Assembly: GCA_963765205.1 (NCBI GenBank)
Contig: CAVXVB010000009.1
Span: 512,001-576,000 of the forward strand
DNA: 64,000 nucleotides
Source: an uncultured Verrucomicrobiae bacterium
GTDB taxonomy: Bacteria > Verrucomicrobiota > Verrucomicrobiia > Opitutales > JABDGR01
Direction of reading: 5' to 3'
The position numbers and the translations under genes are program-made. Under the pieces are notes generated by a model. That model worked only from the letters and a program-made list of their open reading frames with translations. It searched no databases and had not been told where the DNA came from. Positions 19,405-28,563 of the stretch are shown piece by piece. The first letter of the stretch is position 1. Each line of letters begins with the position of its first letter.

Positions 19405-20436
19405 CTATTTGCCAACCTTAAGCTTTCCGCGTTGGTGGAGGACTTCGGCGATTTCGATGGCGTTGAGGGCCGCGCCGCGCCAGAGCTGGTCGCCGGAGAC
19501 CCAGAGGCTGAGGCCGTTCTCGAAATAGGTGTCGCGGCGCAGGCGGCCGACCCCGCACTTGTGCTTGCCGGTGTATTCGATGGGCATCGGGTAGCGGTTG
19601 TGCGCGGGGTCGTCGCAAAGTTCCGCGCCGGCAAAGCCGCTGATGGCGGCGCGGGCCTGGGCCAAATCCACCGGGCGCTCGAAGTCCGCGCTGATCGCGA
19701 TGCTGTGCGCACGGAAGACGGGGACGCGCACGCAGGTGCAGGTGACGCGCAGGGCGGGCAGGTCGAGGATTTTTTTGCTCTCGTGGAGCATCTTCATCTC
19801 TTCCTTCGTGTAGCCAGTGTCCAAAAACTTGTCCACGTGCGGGAGGACGTTGAAGGCGATTTGGTGCGGATAAACATGCGGGGGCGAACTGCGCCCGTCG
19901 GCCCAGGCGCGCAACTGGAGGTCGAGTTCCTGGATGGCCTGCGCGCCGGTGCCGGAGACGGCTTGGTAGGTCGCGGCGAAAAAGCCCTTGAGGCCGAAGG
20001 CGCGGTGGAGGGGTTGCAGGCCCATGAGGGCGATGGCGGTCGAGCAATTCGGGTTGGCGATGATGCCGGCGTGGTGGTCGAGCGCGTGGGGGTTGATGTC
20101 GGGGATCACCAGCGGCACGGTCGGGTCCATGCGAAAGAAGGAGCTGTTGTCAATGACCACGCAGCCGCGCTTGACGGCTTCGGGGGCGAGCTTCTCGGAA
20201 GTCGAGCCGCCGGCGCTGAAGATGGCGACGTCGAGGCCCGCGAAGGACTCGGCGGTGGTCTCGCGCACTTCCCAGCTTTGCGCGCCATAAGAGATTTTCT
20301 TGCCCGTCGAGCGGCCGGAGGCCAGCAGCACAAGCTCGCGCAAGGGGAACTTGCGCTCATGCAGCAGGCGAATGAATTCTTGACCGACGGCGCCAGTTGC
20401 GCCGACGATGCCGAGGCGGTAGGAATGCGCGGACAT
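19405..20436 (-). CDS. asd: Aspartate-semialdehyde dehydrogenase
   Basis: GATGAVG, NPNCST, YQAVSG, CVRVPV. Confidence 0.96.
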   Translation of the reverse strand: MSAHSYRLGIVGATGAVGQEFIRLLHERKFPLRELVLLASGRSTGKKISYGAQSWEVRETTAESFAGLDVAIFSAGGSTSEKLAPEAVKRGCVVIDNSSFFRMDPTVPLVIPDINPHALDHHAGIIANPNCSTAIALMGLQPLHRAFGLKGFFAATYQAVSGTGAQAIQELDLQLRAWADGRSSPPHVYPHQIAFNVLPHVDKFLDTGYTKEEMKMLHESKKILDLPALRVTCTCVRVPVFRAHSIAISADFERPVDLAQARAAISGFAGAELCDDPAHNRYPMPIEYTGKHKCGVGRLRRDTYFENGLSLWVSGDQLWRGAALNAIEIAEVLHQRGKLKVGK

Positions 20437-20983
20437 GACAGATAAAGAAAACGAAATTCTCCGGCGGGTCAGCGAGGCGTGCGCCCGGCGTTCGCGCCCA
20501 AGGGCCGAGCATTGCCTGTGCGTGCAAATTGGCGAGCAAAAACTGTATCACTTTCACGAAGGCCGCCTGGTGCGAACCTACACGATTTCGACGTCGCTGC
20601 GGCCGCCATCGTGCATCGAGAACTCGTTTGGCACGCCGACGGGGCTGCACGAAGTCGCCGAGAAAATCGGCGCGGGCGCGGCGGAAGGCATGGTTTTCAA
20701 AAGTCGGGCGCCGGTGGGCTACCTCTGGCGCGATGCGCCGGTGGCGGAGAGCCGGAAGAACCTGGTGACGACGCGCATCCTGCGCCTGCGCGGTTTGGAA
20801 CCCGGTCGCAACGCCGGCCCCGGCTGCGATTCCTACGACCGCTTTATTTACATCCACGGCACGAATCACCCGGAGAAACTCGGCACCCCCGCCACGGCCG
20901 GCTGCCCGGTGCTGAGCGACGCGGAAGTCATCGAGTTGTTTGACAAGGTGCCGGAGGGGAGTTTGGTGTGGATGGAGGAGTGA
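20435..20983 (+). CDS. L,D-transpeptidase (YkuD) domain protein
   Basis: GTPTG and IYIHGT...TAGC His/Cys motif; start uncertain. Confidence 0.8.
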   Translation: MTDKENEILRRVSEACARRSRPRAEHCLCVQIGEQKLYHFHEGRLVRTYTISTSLRPPSCIENSFGTPTGLHEVAEKIGAGAAEGMVFKSRAPVGYLWRDAPVAESRKNLVTTRILRLRGLEPGRNAGPGCDSYDRFIYIHGTNHPEKLGTPATAGCPVLSDAEVIELFDKVPEGSLVWMEE

Positions 20984-21042
20984 GGATTCAGCTTTCGGCT
21001 TGTTGTGCGGCGGGAAACGCGCCAAGCTGGCCGGCTTCGATT

Positions 21043-22545
21043 ATGAACATCACGCCGAGTGAAAGCGAATTCGTGCGCCTGGCCGCGCGGGGGAATTTGA
21101 TCCCCGTTTATGCGGACTTGGTGGCAGATTTTGCCACGCCCGTGGCCGTCTATGCGCGGCTGCGGCGCGGGGGCGCGGCGTTTTTGTTTGAGTCGGTGGC
21201 GGGGGGCGAGCACATTGGGCGCTACAGTTTTGCCGGGTGCCGGCCGCAGGAGACGATTGCGGCTTATGAAAAAGAGACGATTATTACCGACCGTGACGGG
21301 AAGCAGCGGCGCGTGCCGACGCCGGCGGACCCGCTCAAATTGGTCGAGGAGCGTATGGCGCATTACAAACCGGTTGAGCCGCAGGACAAACCGCCGTTCA
21401 TGGGCGGCGCGGTTGGGTTCGTGGGCTATGAATATATTCATCGCATCGAGCCGACGGTGCCGCTGCCAGCGCAGGACGATTTGGGGATGCCGCTGCTTTA
21501 TTACATGATCATTGACCGCGTGGTGGCGTTTGACCATGTGAAGCAGATGGCGCGGCTGGTGGTCAATGCGTTCATCCCGCCGGGTGGCGACGCGCGTGCG
21601 GCTTATCAGGAGGCGGGTGCGGCGTTGCGCGAACTGGCCCGCGAGGTGGCTGACGACCGGGGCGCGGCGATGACGCCACTGGCGCTGGGCGCGGAGCCGG
21701 AGGTGACGGTGCCGGGCGGCAACTGCACGCGCGCGGATTTCGAGGGGCTGGTGAACCGGTCGAAGGAATACATCCGCGCGGGCGACATCATCCAGGTGGT
21801 CGCGTCGCAGCGCTTCGAGCGCGCCTACGGGCGGCCGGCGCTGGATTTATACCGCTCGCTGCGGCTGGTGAACCCGTCGCCGTATATGTTCATTTTGGAA
21901 ACGGGGGACTACGCGGTCGTCGGCGCGTCGCCGGAAGTGCATGTGCGGTTGACGAACGGGCGGGTTGAGACGCGCCCCATCGCCGGCACGCGCCCGCGCG
22001 GGGCGACGGCGGCGGACGACGCGCGCCTCGAAAAGGAATTGCTGGCCGACGAAAAGGAGTGCGCCGAACACCTGATGCTGGTGGACTTGGCGCGCAACGA
22101 CTTGGGCCGTGTCTGCGCGCCCGGCAGCGTCGAGGTGAAGGAATACGCCATCGTTGAGCGTTATTCGCACGTCATGCACATCGTCTCGCAAGTCGAGGGG
22201 CGGCTGGCGCCGGACAAGAATGCGTATGACCTGATGCGCGCGACCTTTCCGGCGGGAACAGTGTCCGGCGCGCCGAAAGTGCGGGCGATGCAAATCATCG
22301 CGGAATTTGAAAAAACGGCGCGCGGTACCTACGCGGGCGCGCTGGGTTACTTCAGTTTCGACGGCAATCTTGACTGCTGCATTCTCATCCGCACGGCGTT
22401 GCTAAAGAACGGGAAGCTGTATATTCAAAGCGGCGCGGGGCTGGTGGCTGATTCCGTGCCGGCGTCGGAATACCAGGAGACGCTCAATAAGGCCCGCGCG
22501 ATGTTCAAGGCGGTCGCCAAGTCGGAACAGTTTACGAAATTGTGA
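21043..22545 (+). CDS. trpE: Anthranilate synthase component I
   Basis: NPSPYM, GASPE, RPIAGT, EHLMLVDLARND, FPAGTVSGAPK. Confidence 0.95.
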   Translation: MNITPSESEFVRLAARGNLIPVYADLVADFATPVAVYARLRRGGAAFLFESVAGGEHIGRYSFAGCRPQETIAAYEKETIITDRDGKQRRVPTPADPLKLVEERMAHYKPVEPQDKPPFMGGAVGFVGYEYIHRIEPTVPLPAQDDLGMPLLYYMIIDRVVAFDHVKQMARLVVNAFIPPGGDARAAYQEAGAALRELAREVADDRGAAMTPLALGAEPEVTVPGGNCTRADFEGLVNRSKEYIRAGDIIQVVASQRFERAYGRPALDLYRSLRLVNPSPYMFILETGDYAVVGASPEVHVRLTNGRVETRPIAGTRPRGATAADDARLEKELLADEKECAEHLMLVDLARNDLGRVCAPGSVEVKEYAIVERYSHVMHIVSQVEGRLAPDKNAYDLMRATFPAGTVSGAPKVRAMQIIAEFEKTARGTYAGALGYFSFDGNLDCCILIRTALLKNGKLYIQSGAGLVADSVPASEYQETLNKARAMFKAVAKSEQFTKL

Positions 22546-22694
22546 CGTTGCCAGCTTGGGGTAATCACCCCGGAAAAATGTTTAATGGCGGGGTGAAAAT
22601 ATATTCTTGGCGGCGTGAGTTTTTTTTCTTTGCATAAACAGGGCCATCGGCCTAGAAATGCTCATCGGGCGCGCTAAGTGCTTTGTTGATCTGC

Positions 22695-23861
22695 GTGGCG
22701 AACAAAAAAAACACCGCCTCTCCACCGTCCCGACGTTATGAAGACGACGGGGACGAGCCGATTTTGGGCCGACCCGTCCAGACCGAAGGGGACGCCCAGG
22801 AAAATGCGGCGGCAATCAAAGACGCAGAATCGGCGGAGGAGGTTTTTCATGGTTTGCCGCCTAATGAGCGCAGCAGCTTGCAGATCTACTTGCATGAAAT
22901 CGGGCGCGTGCCGCTACTGACGCCCACGCAGGAAGTGGAGCTGGCCGCGCGCATCCGCGCGGGGGACGAGTCCGCGCGCCAGCAGATGATCAATGCAAAC
23001 TTGCGCTTCGTGGTGAAGATCGCGCATGATTACAGCCACTTTGGCCTGCCGCTGCTCGATTTAATTTCCGAGGGGAACATCGGGCTGATGAAGGCCGTCG
23101 AACGCTTCGATCCGGCCAAAGGCGGAAAATTAACCACCTACGCCGCCTGGTGGATCAAGCAATCCATTAAGCGCGCCCTCGCCAACCAGAGCAAGACCAT
23201 CCGCCTGCCCGTGCATATGGTGGACAAGATTGCGCGCCTGCGCAAAACCGCGCTGCAAATGCAGGAGACCCTGGGCCGCGAACCGACCAACGAGGAACTG
23301 GCGGAGGTATTGGGCCTGCCGGTGAGAAAAATCGCGCACCTCAAGACCGTAAGCGTCCGGCCGTCCTCCCTGGACGCCCCGGTGGGCGAAAACGATACCA
23401 CGGAACTCGGTGAACTCGTCTGTGACGAAAACGAACCGACACCCTTTGAAAATTTGCGCGGCAAGACCAGCCAGCAGGACATCAGCAACATCATCGCGAA
23501 GCTCGAACCGCGGGAGACGGAAATCCTGCGCCTGCGCTTCGGACTGGACGGGGAGCGGCCCAAGACGCTCGAAGAGGTGGGTATGTGCCTAGGGGTGACC
23601 CGCGAGCGCGTGCGCCAGTTGCAGAACACGGCGCTGGCGAAAATGCGCAAGGCGCTGACGAAACTTGAAAAGCAAAACACCGCCGAGGAGGCGCAGGACG
23701 AGTTGGACGAAGCAGCCGAGCTGCCCCCGACGGCAGCAACCATGCCCGTGCGCGCCGCCTCCACGCCGGCCCCGGCGCGGCCACCAGACGACACGGCCGT
23801 GCTCTATGCCTTCATGCGCGCCCAGCGCGAGCGCAAGGGCGACACAACGCGGATGCTCTGA
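22695..23861 (+). CDS. RpoD/RpoS-family sigma-70 factor lacking region 1.1
   Basis: DLISEGNIGLMKAVERFD, YAAWWIKQ, TIRLPVH, VTRERVRQ; start uncertain. Confidence 0.9.
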   Translation: MANKKNTASPPSRRYEDDGDEPILGRPVQTEGDAQENAAAIKDAESAEEVFHGLPPNERSSLQIYLHEIGRVPLLTPTQEVELAARIRAGDESARQQMINANLRFVVKIAHDYSHFGLPLLDLISEGNIGLMKAVERFDPAKGGKLTTYAAWWIKQSIKRALANQSKTIRLPVHMVDKIARLRKTALQMQETLGREPTNEELAEVLGLPVRKIAHLKTVSVRPSSLDAPVGENDTTELGELVCDENEPTPFENLRGKTSQQDISNIIAKLEPRETEILRLRFGLDGERPKTLEEVGMCLGVTRERVRQLQNTALAKMRKALTKLEKQNTAEEAQDELDEAAELPPTAATMPVRAASTPAPARPPDDTAVLYAFMRAQRERKGDTTRML

Positions 23862-23949
23862 GATTTTGGGCCGATACTTCGCGTGGGAAAAAGGACCGGC
23901 GCGCTGCATCATGCCTTGCACGGGGCCGATTTTTGCATTATAAAAGAAC

Positions 23950-24711
23950 ATGGCTGTGGTTTACCTGGTGCTTGGCTTGCCCGGCTCCGGCCGGGACGAA
24001 GTTGTTTTCAACTTGGTTGAAGGCGGCTTGGGCGACGGCCAGCCGGTGACAGTTTATCATGCTGCGGGTGAGGCGACGGATGGGGGTCTGGGCACGCGTC
24101 CAAACATCACGCGGGTGCCGTTTACTTTCGACAAGGATCATTTCACCACCGCCCCCGAGGCCGAGCCGGCAGAGGAGCCGGAGGCGGCATTTTTTTTGAC
24201 CGATGGGCGCGCCAGCGTGATAGACCAGATTGAGGCGTTTCCCGCCTGGTTGCAGGCGCGCGGCTGGGAATTGGCACGGATTCTTCTGGTGGTGGACTGC
24301 GCGCTGGCGGCGGCGCACCCGGTCGTCACGGAGTGGCACGCGGCCTGTGTGCATTTTGCCGACTGTGTGCTGCTGAACCGCCGCAATGCGGCCAGCCACG
24401 AGTGGGCGCGGGATTTTCAAAAAAAGTTTGCCGAGGCGCGCTACCCGTGCGTGTTTGTGCTGGTCAAGCAAGGGCGGGTGCCCAACCCACTGGTCGTATT
24501 ATTTCCCGAGGCGCGGCGCATGACCCTGGTGTTCGACGACATTGACCCGGTGGATGAACTGGAACTGGACGAGGAGAATTTGCCTGAGGAACCGTTCACG
24601 CTGGAAAACAAGGTGGATCCCTATTTCGAGCGCCTCCTTAGCGGCCACCGGGTCAAACCCGTGCCGGATGTCACGGCGTATTTGGCGAAACGAGAGCACG
24701 CCAGCTCTTGA
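23950..24711 (+). CDS. Hypothetical protein with degenerate CobW-like P-loop
   Basis: LVLGLPGSGR, LLVVD, ADCVLLNR. Confidence 0.6.
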   Translation: MAVVYLVLGLPGSGRDEVVFNLVEGGLGDGQPVTVYHAAGEATDGGLGTRPNITRVPFTFDKDHFTTAPEAEPAEEPEAAFFLTDGRASVIDQIEAFPAWLQARGWELARILLVVDCALAAAHPVVTEWHAACVHFADCVLLNRRNAASHEWARDFQKKFAEARYPCVFVLVKQGRVPNPLVVLFPEARRMTLVFDDIDPVDELELDEENLPEEPFTLENKVDPYFERLLSGHRVKPVPDVTAYLAKREHASS

Positions 24712-24720
24712 CTGACAAAG

Positions 24721-26955
24721 TTAGAAGAGCAACTCATTTTGCCGCGGCTGGGCGCGGCTGGCGGGGGCGAGGAACGCGGCATAGCGTTCGACCCAATCAT
24801 CCAATTTTTCGAGGTAATAGCCCGGATCGTAGGGGGCCTGGACGGGGTCGTAACTTTCAATCGGGCGCGCGCGCTGCCAGTCGGGCGCGTTATTTTTTGC
24901 GCCGGTGGTGATGTAATAGGTGACCGATTCGCCCTGGCGCGGGAGCGGATTCATTTTCAAGGCGACTTCGAGCGCGGCGCGGCGGGGTTTGCTGCTTTCG
25001 ATTTCGATCGCATGGCGGTAGGCTTCAGGGCTGAGGCTGAGGAATTCCGTTTTCGCGAGCCGACGCACGTCCACCGAGCGATCGCGCAGCCCGGCGCGCA
25101 ATTTCTCCAGCAATTCCTCGGGAGCCGGGCCGCTGGCGAGGAGGAGGTGGCGCAGGAGGGCCTCGGTCAATTCGCGCAGGAACGGCTCGACCCCGCGCGA
25201 GCGCAGCGCGGAGCCGCGGGTGGTGACTTCGCCGCCGTCGAGCAGCGCATAGTTTTTCGCCTTGTAGCAAAACATGGCCTTGAATTTCCCGTCGAATTCC
25301 AGATCAATCCCGGCGGGCAACACGCCGGCCACGCGCGCGAGCAGTTCTTCGGGCTGGTCGTAAAATTCGGGCGCGTGCAGGTAGAGGCCGTCGGTGTCGG
25401 CTTCGAGCACCTTGGCTCCATGCCGCTCAAATTCCACGATCAGCGCCTGGAGCAATTCGCGCCCGCGGGCGGTGACTTCCGCCGCGAGTTCGCTGTCGCC
25501 AAAGCGCGCGCCTTCGAAGCCGAGGTAGCCGTAGAAAGAATTGATGATGATTTTGAAACCGGCCTGGCGCGCCTGGTATTCGCGGCGCAACTCGGCGGTC
25601 GCGGCGTCGCGCGCGAGGTTTTTATAGGCGAGGCGTTCCGCGCGCAATTCCCGCAGCAGCGGAATAAACGCCCCGAGCGAGTCGCCTGCGGGATTGCGGC
25701 CGATGAGTAGGAGCAGGCTGGGGTAGAGCGACGCAACGTCGAAGTGCAGCACTTTGCGGAACACGCCGGTGAGCAGGCCGCGCGTGTAACCGCCTTCGAA
25801 GGGCCGGGTTGGCGGCGGCGTGGGCAGGGCGCGGCGGGCGTGGAAATATTTTTCTAGCAGTAGAATCTCCGCCTTGAAAGCCGAGCCGCGCAGGCAGGCG
25901 TCCTGTAATGTAATAGGAAATGTTTTGGCCTGCGCGACGTAGCCGGGGAGCAGCAAGTCGGCGAGGGCGCGCGTCTCACGCAAGTCGTCGCGCAAATAGG
26001 CGCGGAAGCGCTCGCGGTCTTTGGCAAAAGTTTCTTGAATCGCCGCGGGGGCGAGGTAGGTGCGGGCGTCGTCCGCCTTGGTCAGGCCGAGGTGTTGCGC
26101 GACGGCCTTGAGGCCATAGGAGGGCAGCTCGCGCGCGGCGAGGTCGTAAAGCTGCACCATCAAGTAGGTGTCGAACACGGCGCGGCCGGGCAAATCGCAG
26201 CGGGGAAAATCGAGGTGGCGTTCGGCCACGCGCAGGCGGCCCGGGCGAAACGCGGCTTCCTGCCCAAAGCGGCCCCACGCGCACGGCACATGGTGTCGTC
26301 GGCAGCGCACGCGGAGGTAATCCAGGTCGAACTTGAAAATATTGTGCCCCTCAATGACATCCGGGTCTTCTTCGGCCAGCACGCGATTGAGATCTTCGAG
26401 CAGCACGCGCTCGGCGTCGTGGGTCGGCGCGCTGATTTCCAGCAGGCGCGGGCCGCGGGCGGTGCCGAGGCCGATGGCGAGGACGCGGTCACCGGCGCGC
26501 TGCGCATTGGAAAAACCACCTGGCTCGCCGCACGCGGTTTCGATGTCGAGTTGTAGGCGGCGCAAGTGCGCAAAGGTCAGCCCGGCGAACATCCGGGTGC
26601 CGCGCTGCAAAAGAAACTGGCTTTCGAGGGCGCGCAGGGTTTCCGAATCGGTATTGCGCGGGCGCTGCTCGAGCCAGGCGCGGTAGGCGGCCACGTCGGC
26701 GAAATGCGCGAGGTGGGTTAATTGGCCGTCGCCAGCCAGGCGCTCGACGTGTGCGGAGGCCGGGTCGGGGAGGGCGGATTCGTTCACCCAGGCAAATGGT
26801 TGAAAGGCTGATGAGGAGACCACGCGCGGGCCATCGCCCTCGGCTGTGGCTAGGCGGGCGACGCCATCCGCGCCGACCCATAAACCACACAGCGGCGGCG
26901 GGCCGGATTCCCATTCGGCGCGCGGGTCGGGAAGCGGGGGCGTGGTTTGGCTCAT
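24721..26955 (-). CDS. Family-B DNA polymerase with 3'-5' exonuclease
   Basis: LDIET, GHNIFKFDLDYL, FDVASLYPS, KIIINSFYG, ADTDG. Confidence 0.92.
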   Translation of the reverse strand: MSQTTPPLPDPRAEWESGPPPLCGLWVGADGVARLATAEGDGPRVVSSSAFQPFAWVNESALPDPASAHVERLAGDGQLTHLAHFADVAAYRAWLEQRPRNTDSETLRALESQFLLQRGTRMFAGLTFAHLRRLQLDIETACGEPGGFSNAQRAGDRVLAIGLGTARGPRLLEISAPTHDAERVLLEDLNRVLAEEDPDVIEGHNIFKFDLDYLRVRCRRHHVPCAWGRFGQEAAFRPGRLRVAERHLDFPRCDLPGRAVFDTYLMVQLYDLAARELPSYGLKAVAQHLGLTKADDARTYLAPAAIQETFAKDRERFRAYLRDDLRETRALADLLLPGYVAQAKTFPITLQDACLRGSAFKAEILLLEKYFHARRALPTPPPTRPFEGGYTRGLLTGVFRKVLHFDVASLYPSLLLLIGRNPAGDSLGAFIPLLRELRAERLAYKNLARDAATAELRREYQARQAGFKIIINSFYGYLGFEGARFGDSELAAEVTARGRELLQALIVEFERHGAKVLEADTDGLYLHAPEFYDQPEELLARVAGVLPAGIDLEFDGKFKAMFCYKAKNYALLDGGEVTTRGSALRSRGVEPFLRELTEALLRHLLLASGPAPEELLEKLRAGLRDRSVDVRRLAKTEFLSLSPEAYRHAIEIESSKPRRAALEVALKMNPLPRQGESVTYYITTGAKNNAPDWQRARPIESYDPVQAPYDPGYYLEKLDDWVERYAAFLAPASRAQPRQNELLF

Positions 26956-27002
26956 GACGCGTTCGACCGGGGTTTTCGGAGAACGCGACCAGTCTTAAAG
27001 GC

Positions 27003-27467
27003 TCATTTCAATCTACGCCATCCACTATTTTCGCCGCCGATTTGCAGGACGCCATACAGGACGCCGGGCAAGACCAGGGCCAAAACGCCCGACAGCGAAC
27101 CGTTGGCGATTAGGGTCAACACCATCACCCCCACGCCGACCAAGGCCGACCCGTAGAACGCCCACTTTTTCCATCGGAACAAAAAGATGACGCAGAACAT
27201 GTCAATTGCAGCGAGCGCGGTGATTCCCCAAGTATACCACGCCGGATCGGGAGCGATCTTGATGACGGAACTCAACTGGGGCGCGCCACCGATGGCGCTC
27301 ATCCCGAGGTTGATGAGGATAGACAGGGCCTCAACGAACAGCATAAAAAGGAGCCAGGCCAGCAGGCAGCCGTGACGTTTTGGTGTTTTCGCTGGCGGGG
27401 GTGGCGACGGCGGCCCGGGGGGCGGCGGATGGAGAATCGGCGGGATGGAAGGGGAATTCATAGTCAC
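27003..27467 (-). CDS. Small multi-pass membrane protein
   Basis: Pro-rich N-terminus, RHGCL, four hydrophobic helices, WKKWAFY. Confidence 0.7.
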   Translation of the reverse strand: MTMNSPSIPPILHPPPPGPPSPPPPAKTPKRHGCLLAWLLFMLFVEALSILINLGMSAIGGAPQLSSVIKIAPDPAWYTWGITALAAIDMFCVIFLFRWKKWAFYGSALVGVGVMVLTLIANGSLSGVLALVLPGVLYGVLQIGGENSGWRRLK

Positions 27468-27500
27468 CCATCATAGACCCCGGCGGGCTGAAAACGACGC

Positions 27501-27534
27501 AAAAAAAAGAGGCGCACCCCGCAGGATGCGCCTC
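27501..27534 (-). terminator. Intrinsic terminator after hsp20
   Basis: GAGGCGCATCC-TGCG-GGGTGCGCCTC followed by T8 on the minus strand. Confidence 0.85.
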
Positions 27535-27555
27535 CGATCCGGCCAACAGTACGCG

Positions 27556-27981
27556 TTAACGCACTTCGATCCGGCGCGGCTTGACCTGCTCAGCCTTGGG
27601 CAGAGTAAGCGTCAGCAGGCCGTTTTCATGCGTGGCCACGACTTTGCCGGCGTCCGCACCCTCGGGGAGGGTCAGGACGCGTCGGTATTCCGCCGTGGAC
27701 TCGGCGTTGCTGGTCTTGTCCGCGCGTTTCGCGTTGAGCGTCAGCACGGAGTTTTCGATCTCGACCTGGATGTCCTCTTTTTTCACGCCCGGCAGCTCGA
27801 CCTTGACGTAATAATGATCGGCATCCTCGGACAAGTCCGTGGCGGGATAGCCGACATTGGACGTGCCAGTAGCTTGGGTGTCACAGGCACCGCTCTCGCA
27901 GCGCCCGGCCGTCGGAAACAAAGCTCCGAAAAACCGATCGAAATCGGTCGAAGCAGGATAGGTGTAACGAATTAGTTTCAT
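27556..27981 (-). CDS. Hsp20/alpha-crystallin small heat-shock protein
   Basis: ELPGVKKEDI, ENGLLTLTLPK; GGAGG RBS. Confidence 0.93.
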   Translation of the reverse strand: MKLIRYTYPASTDFDRFFGALFPTAGRCESGACDTQATGTSNVGYPATDLSEDADHYYVKVELPGVKKEDIQVEIENSVLTLNAKRADKTSNAESTAEYRRVLTLPEGADAGKVVATHENGLLTLTLPKAEQVKPRRIEVR

Positions 27982-28023
27982 AGTAATTACCTCCATTGAA
28001 GATGAATTGAACACCCAATATTC

Positions 28024-28039
28024 ATCAGGTTTCATGCCA
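28024..28039 (-). promoter_or_regulatory. Putative sigma-54 promoter of hsp20
   Basis: TGGCATGAAACCTGAT with -24/-12 spacing; -12 is GA rather than GC. Confidence 0.55.
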
Positions 28040-28102
28040 GGGATAATTTATGGATAAGTCTTTCATTGTGAATCAGTAAGCAAATATGAAAAATGCGAGA
28101 TA

Positions 28103-28119
28103 TGAGACAATATGACTCA
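28103..28119. promoter_or_regulatory. Palindromic candidate activator site
   Basis: TGAGACA-ATA-TGACTCA about 65-80 nt upstream of the -24 box. Confidence 0.45.
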
Positions 28120-28170
28120 CACATTGGGTCGGGAAAAACCGGTTGCGTCCCATGAGCGTCTGGTTTGGCA

Positions 28171-28458
28171 TCAGAGCCTGGGTTTGAGCACCACCACGGT
28201 TGCGCCCCAGCCGCCAGTAGTTTCATCGCCTAGGCGGAAGGAAACAACGACGGGCAAACGACGCAGGTGGGCGTGAACCAATTCACGCAAGGTGCCGATG
28301 CCCTTGCCATGCACGATGCGGACTTCGCGCCAGACGCGCGCGCGGCTTTCCTCCAAAAATGCTTCGAGTACTTGAGCCGCCTCGGATGGCCGAAAGGTGT
28401 GCAAGTCCAGCATGCCTTTGATGGGCAACGGATGTGGTTGTTCGCCTGCGCCGGACAT
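28171..28458 (-). CDS. Stand-alone Smr domain protein
   Basis: LDLHTF, IVHGKGIGTLR, GGWGATVV. Confidence 0.88.
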   Translation of the reverse strand: MSGAGEQPHPLPIKGMLDLHTFRPSEAAQVLEAFLEESRARVWREVRIVHGKGIGTLRELVHAHLRRLPVVVSFRLGDETTGGWGATVVVLKPRL

Positions 28459-28563
28459 GGAGATGGATGCTGCCACCCGGCCGCGCACACGCCAAACCCA
28501 AAGTGGTTCCGGGGCTGAGTTTTCCCGCTCGAAACCGGACCCGGCTTTGGCTAGGGTGCTCCG

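Noticed and set aside
24721..26955. PolB as part of a pipolin, casposon or prophage
   Set aside because: No integrase, Cas1, terminal repeats or virion genes; flanks look chromosomal
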